From Planctomycetota bacterium (GTDB taxonomy: Bacteria > Planctomycetota > UBA8108 > SXIK01): a stretch of DNA of 64,000 nt. The notes under the pieces were generated by a model, which was given only the letters and a program-made list of their open reading frames with translations, searched no databases and was not told the origin of the DNA. A program made the translations under genes and the position numbers. Shown piece after piece: positions 19,131 through 28,648 of the stretch (the stretch's first letter is position 1; the number at the start of each line of letters is the position of its first letter). The stretch is from the NCBI GenBank assembly GCA_965223845.1, contig CBDCXR010000004.1, positions 6,176,001 through 6,240,000 on the forward strand, written 5' to 3'.

Positions 19131-22100
19131 TTCGCGGCGATCTCGCGCCGGACGCCCTCGTGGAGCGCGATGGGCTTCAGTCCCGCAAGCACTTCACCGG
19201 CCGCCCGGACGCGACTCTCGTGGCAGGTGAGAAAGATGACTTGCGCCGTGCGCGCCACTTCGGCGATCACGGCGAGGGTGCTCCGCGCCCGCTCGTCGTC
19301 GAAGTTGACGAGGACGTCGTCCATGATCACGGGAAGCGGTTCGCTCTTCGCCGAGTAGTGGAGAACGTACGCCAAGCGGATTGCGAGGTAGAGCTGTTCG
19401 CGCGTTCCGGTGCTGAGTTGCGCCGGCTCCTTCGTCCCTCCGGTTTTTTCGCGGACGAGGAGCGTTCCTTCGGCGTCGAGGCGCCGCTCGACGCCGACGT
19501 ACTCGCCGAGCGTCATTCGAGCGAAGAGTCGAGCGACATCCTCGAGAAGCGCGGGCTGGTGCTCGCTCTCGAATCGGGCGAGCGAGCGCCGGAGCGTCGC
19601 GCGGGCGAAGACGAGCGCGCACCAGCGATCCACCGCGCTCGTGAGCTCACCGCGATGACTCTCGAGCTTTTGCGCCCGCTCTACCGCGTCGCTCTTCGAA
19701 TCGAGATCGGCGAGCTCCTTGCGAACGACCGCGGCCTCCTCGAGAGTTCGCTCGTAGTCGGCAGTCTCGCGCTGGAGCTCTTCGCTCGTTCGCAGGCTGC
19801 GCGCTTCGATCTCGGCCGCGTCGATGCGCAAGAGTTCCTCGCGGAACGCTCGCTCGTCATCGCCCGCGCCGATCGTCGCCATCTCGCGCTCGAGGGCGTC
19901 GACTTCCCGGACGAGCGACTCGCGCCGCTCAGCGCGTTCGATCACGGCGAGAAGCTCCGCCTCGGTCGTCGTTCCCGCTGCGCGATGAAGCGAGGCGATG
20001 CGCTCGTTCGCCCGGTCGACTTGCTCTCGCGTTCGCTCGAGGCGTCGCTCGGTCGCGCTCTCCTCCTCACCGAGCGCGGCGAACGCCTGCTCCGCCGTCT
20101 TGGCTTCGCTGATTTTTCGGTGAAGCTCCGCGACCGCGTCCTCGGTCGGGAGCGACGACGCCGGGTCGTCACCGAGGCTCGCCCGCGCCCGGGTCTCGAA
20201 ATCCGCGAGCGCCGACCGCATCTGTCCGATGCGCTCGCGCAGTCCGGCGAGCTCTCGAGTCCGGCCGTCCGCCGCCGCGAGATCGGCCAGGGTTTCGGTC
20301 GCGGCGGCGACGCTCCAGTCCTCAGGAAATCCGACCTCGACGAGAAGCTGACGCCACCGAGACTCCCAATCCGTTTTTCGCGCCGCGGCCGCTTCGAGGT
20401 CGCCGAGGAGCTCGCGGAGGCGCGCCCGCTCTTCGGGAAGGCGCACCTCGAGCTCGCGTCGCTCGCTCGCGGCTCGCTCCTCTTCTTGCGCCCGCGCCCG
20501 GGCCTCGGCGAGGAGCTCGTCCGACGCGTCTCCATCCTCGCGATCGCGCGCGAGAACTTCGCGGAGCTCGCGGCGAAACGATTCCACCCGCGCCTCGACC
20601 GCAGCGAGCTGTTCTCGAGCCAAGGCGAGATCGCCGCGCTTCTCGTCGAATGAGCGATGGTCATCGAGCCATTCGAGCATCGCTTGCGGCGCGAGCGGAG
20701 CGAACGGGCAGTCGCACCAGAGCGAACGCCATTCTTCGTCGAGGGCCTCGAGCTTTTCGCGGCGCTCCCCCGCGGCGCGCGCGCTCTCCTCGACCTGCTC
20801 GCGCTGGCGCTCGGCCTCGGCAGCGAGCTGTTCCGATTGGGCGACGAGCTCGGCCCTTCGCTGGCGCTCATCGGCCAGCCGGTCGCAGTGCTCGAGCTCG
20901 AGCTCGAACTGGGATGCTACCGGTCGGCGCTCGTCCCCCATCCAAGCCGCGATCTCTTCCCGCGAGACGTCACCCGCATCGTCGATCCAGTCGAGCTGTC
21001 CGTCGCGGATGTATTTCCGGCGAATGAGACGCCAACCCTCGTCTCGGCGCGTGCGCCGGCGGAGAAGCTCTTCGCGATCGGGGATCTCCTCCTGAGCGCG
21101 AAAAAGATCTCGGCGCTCCTCGCGCGAGATCAGCTCACGCCGCGCATCCTCGTGCCGGCGTTCGGCGAGCGCCAGCTCAGCCTTCTCGGCGTCGAAGCGC
21201 GCGAGATGAGAGCGCACCGCACCCGCGAGAGGAACGCGCGCATCGTCGAGATCGGCGGGTTCGCAATCGACGGCTCGCGCGATGCGCTCGCCGAGGAATC
21301 GTACCTCGCCCCCCAATCGCCGCACGGAGTCGGAGAGTTCCTCGGCCACGGTGACGTCGGCGAGATGCGCGCTCCCCCGGTTGACGAGCGCGGCGAGCCG
21401 AGAGGAGCGCTCGGTCGTTTCGAGGCGTTCCCAGCGCTCTTCGCTCTCCCGGACCTGCCGCTCGAGCTCGGGTCGCTGGGCTTCGAGAGCGGTGAGCCCG
21501 CGTTCGAGTGTGGTGCTCTCCTCCGCGAGCGATTGCACTTCGGGCCGGCGACGGAGGATATCCGAGCTCTTCCGCCGCTCGATTCCACCCTCGGAGTTCT
21601 CGCCGTCACGCACGTTCGAGCGCGGCGTCGCGGGAAGCCGATCGAACACCGCCGAGAGCTCCGTCTCAACTCGAGCGGCGTCGACCTCGAGACGCGGAAG
21701 ATCCTGTCGCACCGATCGGACTTGCGCGATCTCCTGGTTAAGCGAGCGAACCTCGGCCTCGCGAAGGACTAGGTCGGGATTTCGTTCGATCCGTTCTTTC
21801 TTCGCGCGAGTCTCCGCGAGCTCGGCTTCGAGCGACTCGCGCTCGGCTTCGATCTCCGCGAGTCGCTCCTTGGCGCGTTCGAGCTCCGCTCTCGCCCCGA
21901 ACGGCAGGCCATCGGGTAGATCGAGCGCGTTCAGCTCGTCGCTCGCGGCGGCGGCCCGGCGCGCCTTCGGGAGCGCCCGCTGCAGTCGATCGAGGCGACC
22001 GGATTCCTGCCGCAAGTGCGCGATCGTTCCGTGCGCGGATTTGCTCGCTGCGTCGAGCTCGGTGCTCCGCCGCCGAAGCTCGCTGTAGTCGCGCGGACGA

Positions 22101-22723
22101 ACCGAAAGCTCGCGGAGGGCGCGAGTGTCGTCGCGGATGCGCGCGAGGAGCTCGTTGATCGTCTTCTTTCGCCCTTGGGGGGTGAACAGAGCGTCCGCCT
22201 CGGCCCCGAGGGAATCGGAGAGCGCGGAGAAACTGCCCAGGCTCCCTAGGCTTCCGCCGTACAGCGCTTCGGAGAGATTCGCATCGACGAGCGCTTGCTC
22301 GCCGCGAGAGAGCTCCGTGAGGGAGAACGCAAACACGGAACGAAAAAGCTCTGCGCTCGCGTGGCCGAGGACTCTCGTGAGCGCGTCGTCGTCGATCTTC
22401 TGAGCGGAGTCCGGACCGCTGAGAACTTCTCCGGTGACGGTGTTCTTTTGTCCCTTTCGCCGGCGGAAGCACAGTCGCGATCCATCCGCGAGCTCAACCG
22501 TCGCGGTGGCGGCGAGCTCTCCCTTCCGATCGCCGAAGTCGTACGGGTGGTGCTTGTGCTGAAATCCGAAGAGGACGTCGCGAAAGAGTGCGAGGAGGGT
22601 CGACTTTCCCGCCTCATTCGGCCCGAAGACGAGATGGAACCCCGCGTCGCCCGCCGGCTCGAACTCGAGCTCGAGGCCGGAGTGGATGCCGTAGTGTTCG
22701 ATCTCGAGACGGACGAACTTCAC
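19127..22723 (-). CDS. yhaN: YhaN/SbcE-like SMC-type ATPase (AAA_27)
   Basis: Walker A FGPNEAGKST, long coiled coil, signature LSTGTREQLYLAIRLA, Walker B PVIMDDVLVNFDDER, QVIFLTCH; GTG start with GGAG upstream. Confidence 0.9.
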   Translation of the reverse strand: MKFVRLEIEHYGIHSGLELEFEPAGDAGFHLVFGPNEAGKSTLLALFRDVLFGFQHKHHPYDFGDRKGELAATATVELADGSRLCFRRRKGQKNTVTGEVLSGPDSAQKIDDDALTRVLGHASAELFRSVFAFSLTELSRGEQALVDANLSEALYGGSLGSLGSFSALSDSLGAEADALFTPQGRKKTINELLARIRDDTRALRELSVRPRDYSELRRRSTELDAASKSAHGTIAHLRQESGRLDRLQRALPKARRAAAASDELNALDLPDGLPFGARAELERAKERLAEIEAERESLEAELAETRAKKERIERNPDLVLREAEVRSLNQEIAQVRSVRQDLPRLEVDAARVETELSAVFDRLPATPRSNVRDGENSEGGIERRKSSDILRRRPEVQSLAEESTTLERGLTALEAQRPELERQVRESEERWERLETTERSSRLAALVNRGSAHLADVTVAEELSDSVRRLGGEVRFLGERIARAVDCEPADLDDARVPLAGAVRSHLARFDAEKAELALAERRHEDARRELISREERRDLFRAQEEIPDREELLRRRTRRDEGWRLIRRKYIRDGQLDWIDDAGDVSREEIAAWMGDERRPVASQFELELEHCDRLADERQRRAELVAQSEQLAAEAERQREQVEESARAAGERREKLEALDEEWRSLWCDCPFAPLAPQAMLEWLDDHRSFDEKRGDLALAREQLAAVEARVESFRRELREVLARDREDGDASDELLAEARARAQEEERAASERRELEVRLPEERARLRELLGDLEAAAARKTDWESRWRQLLVEVGFPEDWSVAAATETLADLAAADGRTRELAGLRERIGQMRSALADFETRARASLGDDPASSLPTEDAVAELHRKISEAKTAEQAFAALGEEESATERRLERTREQVDRANERIASLHRAAGTTTEAELLAVIERAERRESLVREVDALEREMATIGAGDDERAFREELLRIDAAEIEARSLRTSEELQRETADYERTLEEAAVVRKELADLDSKSDAVERAQKLESHRGELTSAVDRWCALVFARATLRRSLARFESEHQPALLEDVARLFARMTLGEYVGVERRLDAEGTLLVREKTGGTKEPAQLSTGTREQLYLAIRLAYVLHYSAKSEPLPVIMDDVLVNFDDERARSTLAVIAEVARTAQVIFLTCHESRVRAAGEVLAGLKPIALHEGVRREIAAK

Positions 22724-22901
22724 TCTCGTCTCCGGCGTTCTCGCTCCATCGGGTCCCGCTCCCGCTGCCCGCTCGCCGACTGCGCGAGCGCTCCCCCATG
22801 GAACCATGAAACGACCCGGACGAGAACCGGCCGAGCCGCGAACGCGCCGCGGATCGGCCGAAGTTGCTCACATCGGGGATGGAGTGCGAGTAGAGATCAA
22901 A

Positions 22902-23678
22902 TCAAGTCGCCGAGGGAACCGACGACCGGCGGCCGGCCGGGGCGGCGTCGCGCGGCGGGAGCGGGATGATCATCGACACCTGGCGGCGGTAGCTCTTGTA
23001 GTCTTCGCCGTGCGCGCCGACGAGATCTCGCTCCTCGAGCTGAATCGCGACGAGCATGTACGCGGTTGTGACCCCGGCGAAGAGAAGACGGCCAAACGTC
23101 ATGTGGGGAGTCGCCCAGAACGCGATCATGAACCCGAAAAGGAGCGGGTGGCGAACGTAGCGGTAGAAGAGCGTCACTTTGAACTCGGGAGCCGGGTAGG
23201 GTAGGCCGCGAAAGTGATACCACACCTGCTTCAGCCCGAAGAGATCGAAGTGATCGATCACGAAAGTCGACAGAAGAACGATCACCCAGCCGGCGCCGCA
23301 GATCGCCCAGAGCGCGATTTTCCCGAGCTCCGACTCGACGCTCCACACGGCGCCGGTGAGCGGCTGCCACTGCCAGAAGATGAGCGTGAGGATGACGTTC
23401 GTGAACAGCACAAACGTGCTCCGCTCGACCGCCGGGGAGACGATCTTTGTCCAGAGCCGCTTAAACGCCGGACGCGCCATGATGCTGTGCTGAACGCCGA
23501 AGAGGCCGAGGAGAAGGACGTTGATCGCGATCGCCATCCCAGCCGACGCGGGTTCCGCGCCGTCGTTGATGCCCCTCGGGACCAATACGTCGCCGACGAA
23601 GCCGATCGCGTAGAGAAACACACCGAGGAAATATGCGTAGGCGAAGGCGCCGTAGATAAATGCAGCGTATCGACCCAT
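22902..23678 (-). CDS. mddA: Methanethiol S-methyltransferase MddA-like (ICMT/NnrU membrane methyltransferase family)
   Basis: LYAIGFVG, LFGVQHSIMARPAFK, ERSTFVL, HFDLFGLKQV, YVRHPL, WATPHMT, QLEERDL motifs; 258 aa, multi-TM. Confidence 0.82.
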   Translation of the reverse strand: MGRYAAFIYGAFAYAYFLGVFLYAIGFVGDVLVPRGINDGAEPASAGMAIAINVLLLGLFGVQHSIMARPAFKRLWTKIVSPAVERSTFVLFTNVILTLIFWQWQPLTGAVWSVESELGKIALWAICGAGWVIVLLSTFVIDHFDLFGLKQVWYHFRGLPYPAPEFKVTLFYRYVRHPLLFGFMIAFWATPHMTFGRLLFAGVTTAYMLVAIQLEERDLVGAHGEDYKSYRRQVSMIIPLPPRDAAPAGRRSSVPSAT

Positions 23679-24040
23679 GGAAACACCTCTCGAAAGCCGT
23701 CGATCGTCCGAAACACCGGCGCGCGGGACGGAACAGCGGATTCGACCGTCGGTGCGCGTCTACGGGGTGAACTGCAGGACGACCGGCGGCCGCGACAAGT
23801 TTTTCGCGATTTTCTCGCTCCACCGCCGGGCAAGAGCGGACGAGGGAGGCTGCGGCACGGTCATGTCTTCCCAGAGTCGCGACGAGAGAAATCGTCGTGC
23901 GGGAATGTAGTCGTCCGGCGAGAATCTCGACAAGAAAGAGGCGCACGTGTCGCCGGAGATTATGATCCCCGTCCAGCGCGCGTTCAGATCCGGGGCGCGA
24001 TACGATCCGACTGTACGAATTTAGCGCCACTCATCACGCA

Positions 24041-25867
24041 ATGAGCAACTCCAATTCACACCGATTTCAGGTCGACCTCGGAGGGATGATCGACCTCTTG
24101 TCGTCACATCTCTACAGCAGTCCCCGGGTGTACATTCGGGAGCTTCTTCAAAATGCAGTAGACGCGCTGCGGATGCGGGAAGCTCTGGGTGACTCGTTCG
24201 AGGCGGTGATCCGCGTCGAGCTCATCCCCGCGGGGGACAAATCATCGCCGTCCACGCTGATCTTTGAAGACACGGGAATCGGGCTTACGGAATCTGAGGT
24301 GCACGAATTTCTCGCGACAATCGCCCGGTCGAGCAAGCCGGACGCACTCGGCGAGGCGCGTGACGACTACATCGGTCAGTTCGGGATCGGCCTGCTCTCG
24401 TGCTTCACCGTGAGTCGCGATATTGTCCTCCACACGCGATCCTCTCGCGGAACGGGAAGTGTCGAGTGGCGCGGGCGGCCGGATGGTACGTACGAGGTCC
24501 GGCGACTCGAGGCGAAAGGGCCCGTGGGAACGCGGGTGTTCCTTCAAAGTCGCGCGGAAATGCGCGAGTACTTCGACCGCGAATTCGTGGCCGAACACAT
24601 CCGCACGTTTGGGCGTCTTCTTCCCTATCCAATCACCTTCTGTTCGCAGGGAATGGAAACCGAGATCGAGCGTGATGTGCCGCCATTTCGTCGGCAATGG
24701 GACGATCCAAAAAAGGAGCAACAAGCTCTCCTCGAATTCGGCCGCGACGAGTTCGGTGTCGGCTTCTTCGATGCATTTCCGCTGCGCGCGAAAGACACGG
24801 GGCTCGAAGGAGCCATCTTCATCGTGGAGCACACGACGACGCCACAGTCGCGGCAGAGTCATCGCGTCTACCTGAAGGATATGTTCCTCTCCGATTCGGC
24901 CGAGAATCTGCTCCCCGAATGGGCTTTCTTCGTCCGCTGCGTGATCAACTCACGGCACCTTCGGCCGACAGCATCGCGCGAAGAATTCTACGAGGACGAC
25001 GACCTCGAGCGCGCTCGCGAAGCTCTCGGGCAATCCATCAAAGACTATCTTTTCGACCTCGCGTACTTCGACCGCGAGCGGCTCGATCGACTGCTCACCC
25101 GGCATGCTTTGCCGATCAAGGCCCTCAGCCTCGAAGACGAGGAATTCTATAAGCTCGTCGTCGACTGGCTTCCGTTCGAAACGCCGTTCGGCCGGGCGTC
25201 GCTCGGTGATCTCCGGCGCGAACACAGCCCCCTTCGCTACGCGTCGGAGCTCGATCAGTACCGACAGATCGAGGCGGTCGCCCGCGCGCAATCGATGATG
25301 GTCGTGAATGCCGGTTACGTCTACGACGCAGAGATCCTCGAGCGACTGCCCCAAGTTCTTCCGGATATCGTCGTCGAACTGATCGATGCCACCGACGTGG
25401 CTCAGGAATTCGAAGAGCTATCAATCGCGCAGCAGGAAGTGCTCGCGCCTTTCGTCGATTTCGCGGCTTCCGTGATCGAGCGGTTTGACTGTGCCGTCGC
25501 GATCAGATCGTTCCGACCTCGGGAGCTCGCGTGCCTCTACAACTTGAATCGAGACGCAAGTTTTCTTCGATCGGTTGAACGATCGCAGGAACTTTCCGGC
25601 GACGTGTTCTCAGTCGTCCTCGATGGAGTCGCGGCTGAAGCGCGGTCGACCGCTCGAACGGAGCTGTGCCTCAATCACTCGAACGATCTCATCCGTCGCT
25701 TGTGCGATCTCGGCGAGGGTGATCTCAGCCGTCGGATCGTCGAGCTCCTCTACGTACATTCGCTGCTCCTTGGCCACCACGCTCTGAAGCGTGAAGAAAC
25801 CGAGCTGCTCTCTTGTGGTTTTCTCAGCCTTATTGACTTCGCTCTCGGCGAGGAGGGTCGGCGATGA
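24041..25867 (+). CDS. HSP90/HtpG-like family ATPase (divergent, partner-associated type)
   Basis: FQVDL...HLYS...YIRELLQNAVDA, DTGIGL, IGQFGIGLLSCF, LRPTASRE. Confidence 0.9.
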   Translation: MSNSNSHRFQVDLGGMIDLLSSHLYSSPRVYIRELLQNAVDALRMREALGDSFEAVIRVELIPAGDKSSPSTLIFEDTGIGLTESEVHEFLATIARSSKPDALGEARDDYIGQFGIGLLSCFTVSRDIVLHTRSSRGTGSVEWRGRPDGTYEVRRLEAKGPVGTRVFLQSRAEMREYFDREFVAEHIRTFGRLLPYPITFCSQGMETEIERDVPPFRRQWDDPKKEQQALLEFGRDEFGVGFFDAFPLRAKDTGLEGAIFIVEHTTTPQSRQSHRVYLKDMFLSDSAENLLPEWAFFVRCVINSRHLRPTASREEFYEDDDLERAREALGQSIKDYLFDLAYFDRERLDRLLTRHALPIKALSLEDEEFYKLVVDWLPFETPFGRASLGDLRREHSPLRYASELDQYRQIEAVARAQSMMVVNAGYVYDAEILERLPQVLPDIVVELIDATDVAQEFEELSIAQQEVLAPFVDFAASVIERFDCAVAIRSFRPRELACLYNLNRDASFLRSVERSQELSGDVFSVVLDGVAAEARSTARTELCLNHSNDLIRRLCDLGEGDLSRRIVELLYVHSLLLGHHALKREETELLSCGFLSLIDFALGEEGRR

Positions 25868-26976
25868 GTACGCCTCGAGAAAGCTACCAGGAACTTTTCC
25901 AACGCGCCGAATGCTTGGACGAGGGAGACGAGAAGGTCCAGCTCCTAGAGCGGGCGGTCGAGTTCGCCGATGCGGCGTCCGACGTCGACCGCGCCTACGA
26001 AGCGCGCCTCGAGCTGGTCCACGCGGCATGCTTTTCTGGCTTCAACGAGAAGGCGTTGGTCGCGTTCGCCTGGTGTCTCGCCTGGACAGACCAAGACCCG
26101 GAGAGGTACCCCATCGAGAATCTGCTCTGGAAATACAAGTGGGTTCTCGAAGCTGCGTTTGGCTTTCCGTCGATCACGAAAAACAGCCTCGAGAATTTGT
26201 TCGACGACTTTGGGCGGCGCTACGAGGCGGAGGGCCTGAGTCCGCGAACTTACCACTACTTTCGAATGCGATACGCGCTGAGTTTCTCGGCAATCGACGC
26301 AGACGTCGATGCGTGCCGCCGAGAATTTCTTTCGCACCCTCGAGACGCACAAAGCGATTGCGCCGCGTGCGAGCTCAACACCCAAGTCCGTGTGTCTCTC
26401 CGACTCGACGGTGCGAAAACGGCGATTTCGAAGGCGAAGCCAATCCTCTCCGGGCGGCTGCGGTGTAGATGCATCCCACACGCCACGTATCCGATCCTCC
26501 TTCTCCCGTTTGTAGATACGGGACAGGTTGTAAGAGCAGACGAATACTTCAAACGCGGCGTGCGTCTCGTCGACGGAGATCGTGACTTCGTGCACGAGGT
26601 CGGCACGATCTACGGTTATCTTGCCGTGATCGGAGCGTTCGACCGAGCCCAGCGCCTGTTCGAGCGAAATCTACGCCACGTGGTCGAATGTCACTCGCTT
26701 CTCGACTGTCTCGCGTTCCACAGTGCCGCGTGTGTGCATTTCGGGAAGCTGAATCGGCAGGGAATACATCGGGTCGGCCTAAGCGTCCCCGCGTCGTTTC
26801 CGATTTCCCCAATCGATGGCAGATTCTCGACTCAACAACTCTCTCGCCATTTCGAGAGCGAGGCGCGTCATATTGCCGAGAAATTCGACGCGCGGGAAGA
26901 AAGCCGATGGCAAACCCAGCTCCTGGAAGCGTTCCTCGAGCGAATCGACCGAGACGCCCCTACCACGGAAGGGTAA
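25864..26976 (+). CDS. Helical-repeat (TPR-like) hypothetical protein coupled to the HSP90-like gene
   Basis: ATGA overlap; LLWKYKW, RDAQSDCAACE and CRCIPH motifs; helical composition. Confidence 0.8.
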   Translation: MSTPRESYQELFQRAECLDEGDEKVQLLERAVEFADAASDVDRAYEARLELVHAACFSGFNEKALVAFAWCLAWTDQDPERYPIENLLWKYKWVLEAAFGFPSITKNSLENLFDDFGRRYEAEGLSPRTYHYFRMRYALSFSAIDADVDACRREFLSHPRDAQSDCAACELNTQVRVSLRLDGAKTAISKAKPILSGRLRCRCIPHATYPILLLPFVDTGQVVRADEYFKRGVRLVDGDRDFVHEVGTIYGYLAVIGAFDRAQRLFERNLRHVVECHSLLDCLAFHSAACVHFGKLNRQGIHRVGLSVPASFPISPIDGRFSTQQLSRHFESEARHIAEKFDAREESRWQTQLLEAFLERIDRDAPTTEG

Positions 26977-27308
26977 ACGGGGGGATTCAGAGGAAGACAC
27001 GCGGTGCTAACCCAGCGATTCGAACACAACCTCGGATCGATGTTGGCTTCGACGTAGCTGTCCGACCAGCCGAGGGTGCGCGCGACCGCGCGCGCGCGAC
27101 GATTGCGAGCGTTGGCCCGGCGATCTGGCGGGAATTGAGGCGTCTTCGTACCGCCAAGCATCTCGCCATTTCTGCCGCGTAAGCTATGGGGCGAACGCGG
27201 AGCTTCGACAATTTGAAGCCAACACTCCGAGGCGATAAGTCCGTCGCCGCGACGGCGGTCTTTCGAGTCCCGGCGAGTCTCGAAGTACGCCAAGCGCGCC
27301 GCACCCGC

Positions 27309-28565
27309 CTACGACTCCGAAACGTCTTCCCACAGCCGCGACGAGAGAAGGCGCTCCGCGTCGCGCAGCCAGCGACGCAGCGCGGCCGGATCGCGGAGGT
27401 CGATTCCGGCGCGTTTGAGCTCGAGCGCGCCTTTTTCTTCGAGCGGAGCGAGCTCTTCGGCGAGCTTGGCGAGGGCTTCGTCACTCGCCGCGGCTTCGTC
27501 CATCGTGCGAAGGAGCTCGCCGACGAGGTCCGGGCGACGGCGCATTTCGTCGAGGTCGACCGGCGGTGAGACGTCGAGTCGGACGCGCTCGACCCAAAGC
27601 TCCTCGACGTCGCCCGCGAGATTGCGGATCTCCGCGATCGTCTCCTCGCGCTCGGCGCGCGTGCGAAGCGACTCGTGAGCGGCGGCCGCCCCGGAGACCG
27701 TGACGCGGACGACACCGAATCGACCCTCGTTCGATTCCTTGAGTCGATCGAAGCCGTCGCGTACACGGTCGTAAAGCTGTGCGCGCGTGTCATCCGGATC
27801 CAGCTCGAGCTCGAAGTGCGACCAACGGAGAGTATCGGTCGCGCGAAACTCCACCGATTCGACCTCGCCGCTCGAAGTCGAGACGACGAGACAGCCCTTG
27901 GCGCCAGTCTCACGAATGTGCCGTCCCTGGGTGTTCCCGGCGAAAACGATCCACGGGCGCTCGCGCACGATCTCACGCTGGTGGATGTGCCCGAGAGCCC
28001 AGTAGTCGTAGCCCTTCGCGGCCAGCACGTCGGCGCTGACGGGTGCGTAGGTGTCGTGCTCCGCGCTCCCGCCCAGACTCGTGTGAAGGACGCCGACGTT
28101 GAAGAGATCCGGGACGGGATCGGGATAGTCGGCCGCGAGATTCTCCGTGACCTCGCGCTGTGCAAAACCTTGGCCGTGGATCGCGACTCCGAGCTCGCGA
28201 TCGATCACCGTTTCCGGTGCTTCGACCGAGAACTCGTGAACGCAGTCGGGCCACGAAATCGCCGCGTGCACTTCACTCGCCGCATCGTGGTTGCCGCGGA
28301 TGAGAAACACGCGAATCCCGGCATCGCCCAGCCGTCGCATCTGCGCCGCGAGATAGATGCCGGTCTTCATTTCGCGCCAGGGACCGTCGACGAGATCGCC
28401 GGCGATCACGACGAAGCCGACCCGCTCGTCGATCGCGATCGCGACGAGATTCTCGAGCGCAACGCGCGTCGCCGCCCGCAGTCGTTCGGCGGGAGCACCG
28501 TCGTAGATCTCGAGCTTCTCGAGGGGGCTGTCGATGTGAAGATCGGCGGCGTGGATGAATTTCAT
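27309..28565 (-). CDS. yhaO: YhaO/SbcD/Mre11-like DNA repair metallophosphoesterase
   Basis: FIHAADLHIDSP, IAGDLVD, GNHDA, LHTS, YWALGHIH, GNTQGR. Confidence 0.92.
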   Translation of the reverse strand: MKFIHAADLHIDSPLEKLEIYDGAPAERLRAATRVALENLVAIAIDERVGFVVIAGDLVDGPWREMKTGIYLAAQMRRLGDAGIRVFLIRGNHDAASEVHAAISWPDCVHEFSVEAPETVIDRELGVAIHGQGFAQREVTENLAADYPDPVPDLFNVGVLHTSLGGSAEHDTYAPVSADVLAAKGYDYWALGHIHQREIVRERPWIVFAGNTQGRHIRETGAKGCLVVSTSSGEVESVEFRATDTLRWSHFELELDPDDTRAQLYDRVRDGFDRLKESNEGRFGVVRVTVSGAAAAHESLRTRAEREETIAEIRNLAGDVEELWVERVRLDVSPPVDLDEMRRRPDLVGELLRTMDEAAASDEALAKLAEELAPLEEKGALELKRAGIDLRDPAALRRWLRDAERLLSSRLWEDVSES

Positions 28566-28648
28566 GTTCGGGCGGGAATCCTTGCTCAAGCGACTCCCCG
28601 GCGGAGACTAAACGCCGAAGCGAAGAATCGGCTCTTCTCGGACCAGCG

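Noticed and set aside
19127-28565. Wadjet or other SMC-based defence system
   Set aside because: Motifs match the YhaN/YhaO repair pair, and no kleisin/KITE or JetD-like genes are present.
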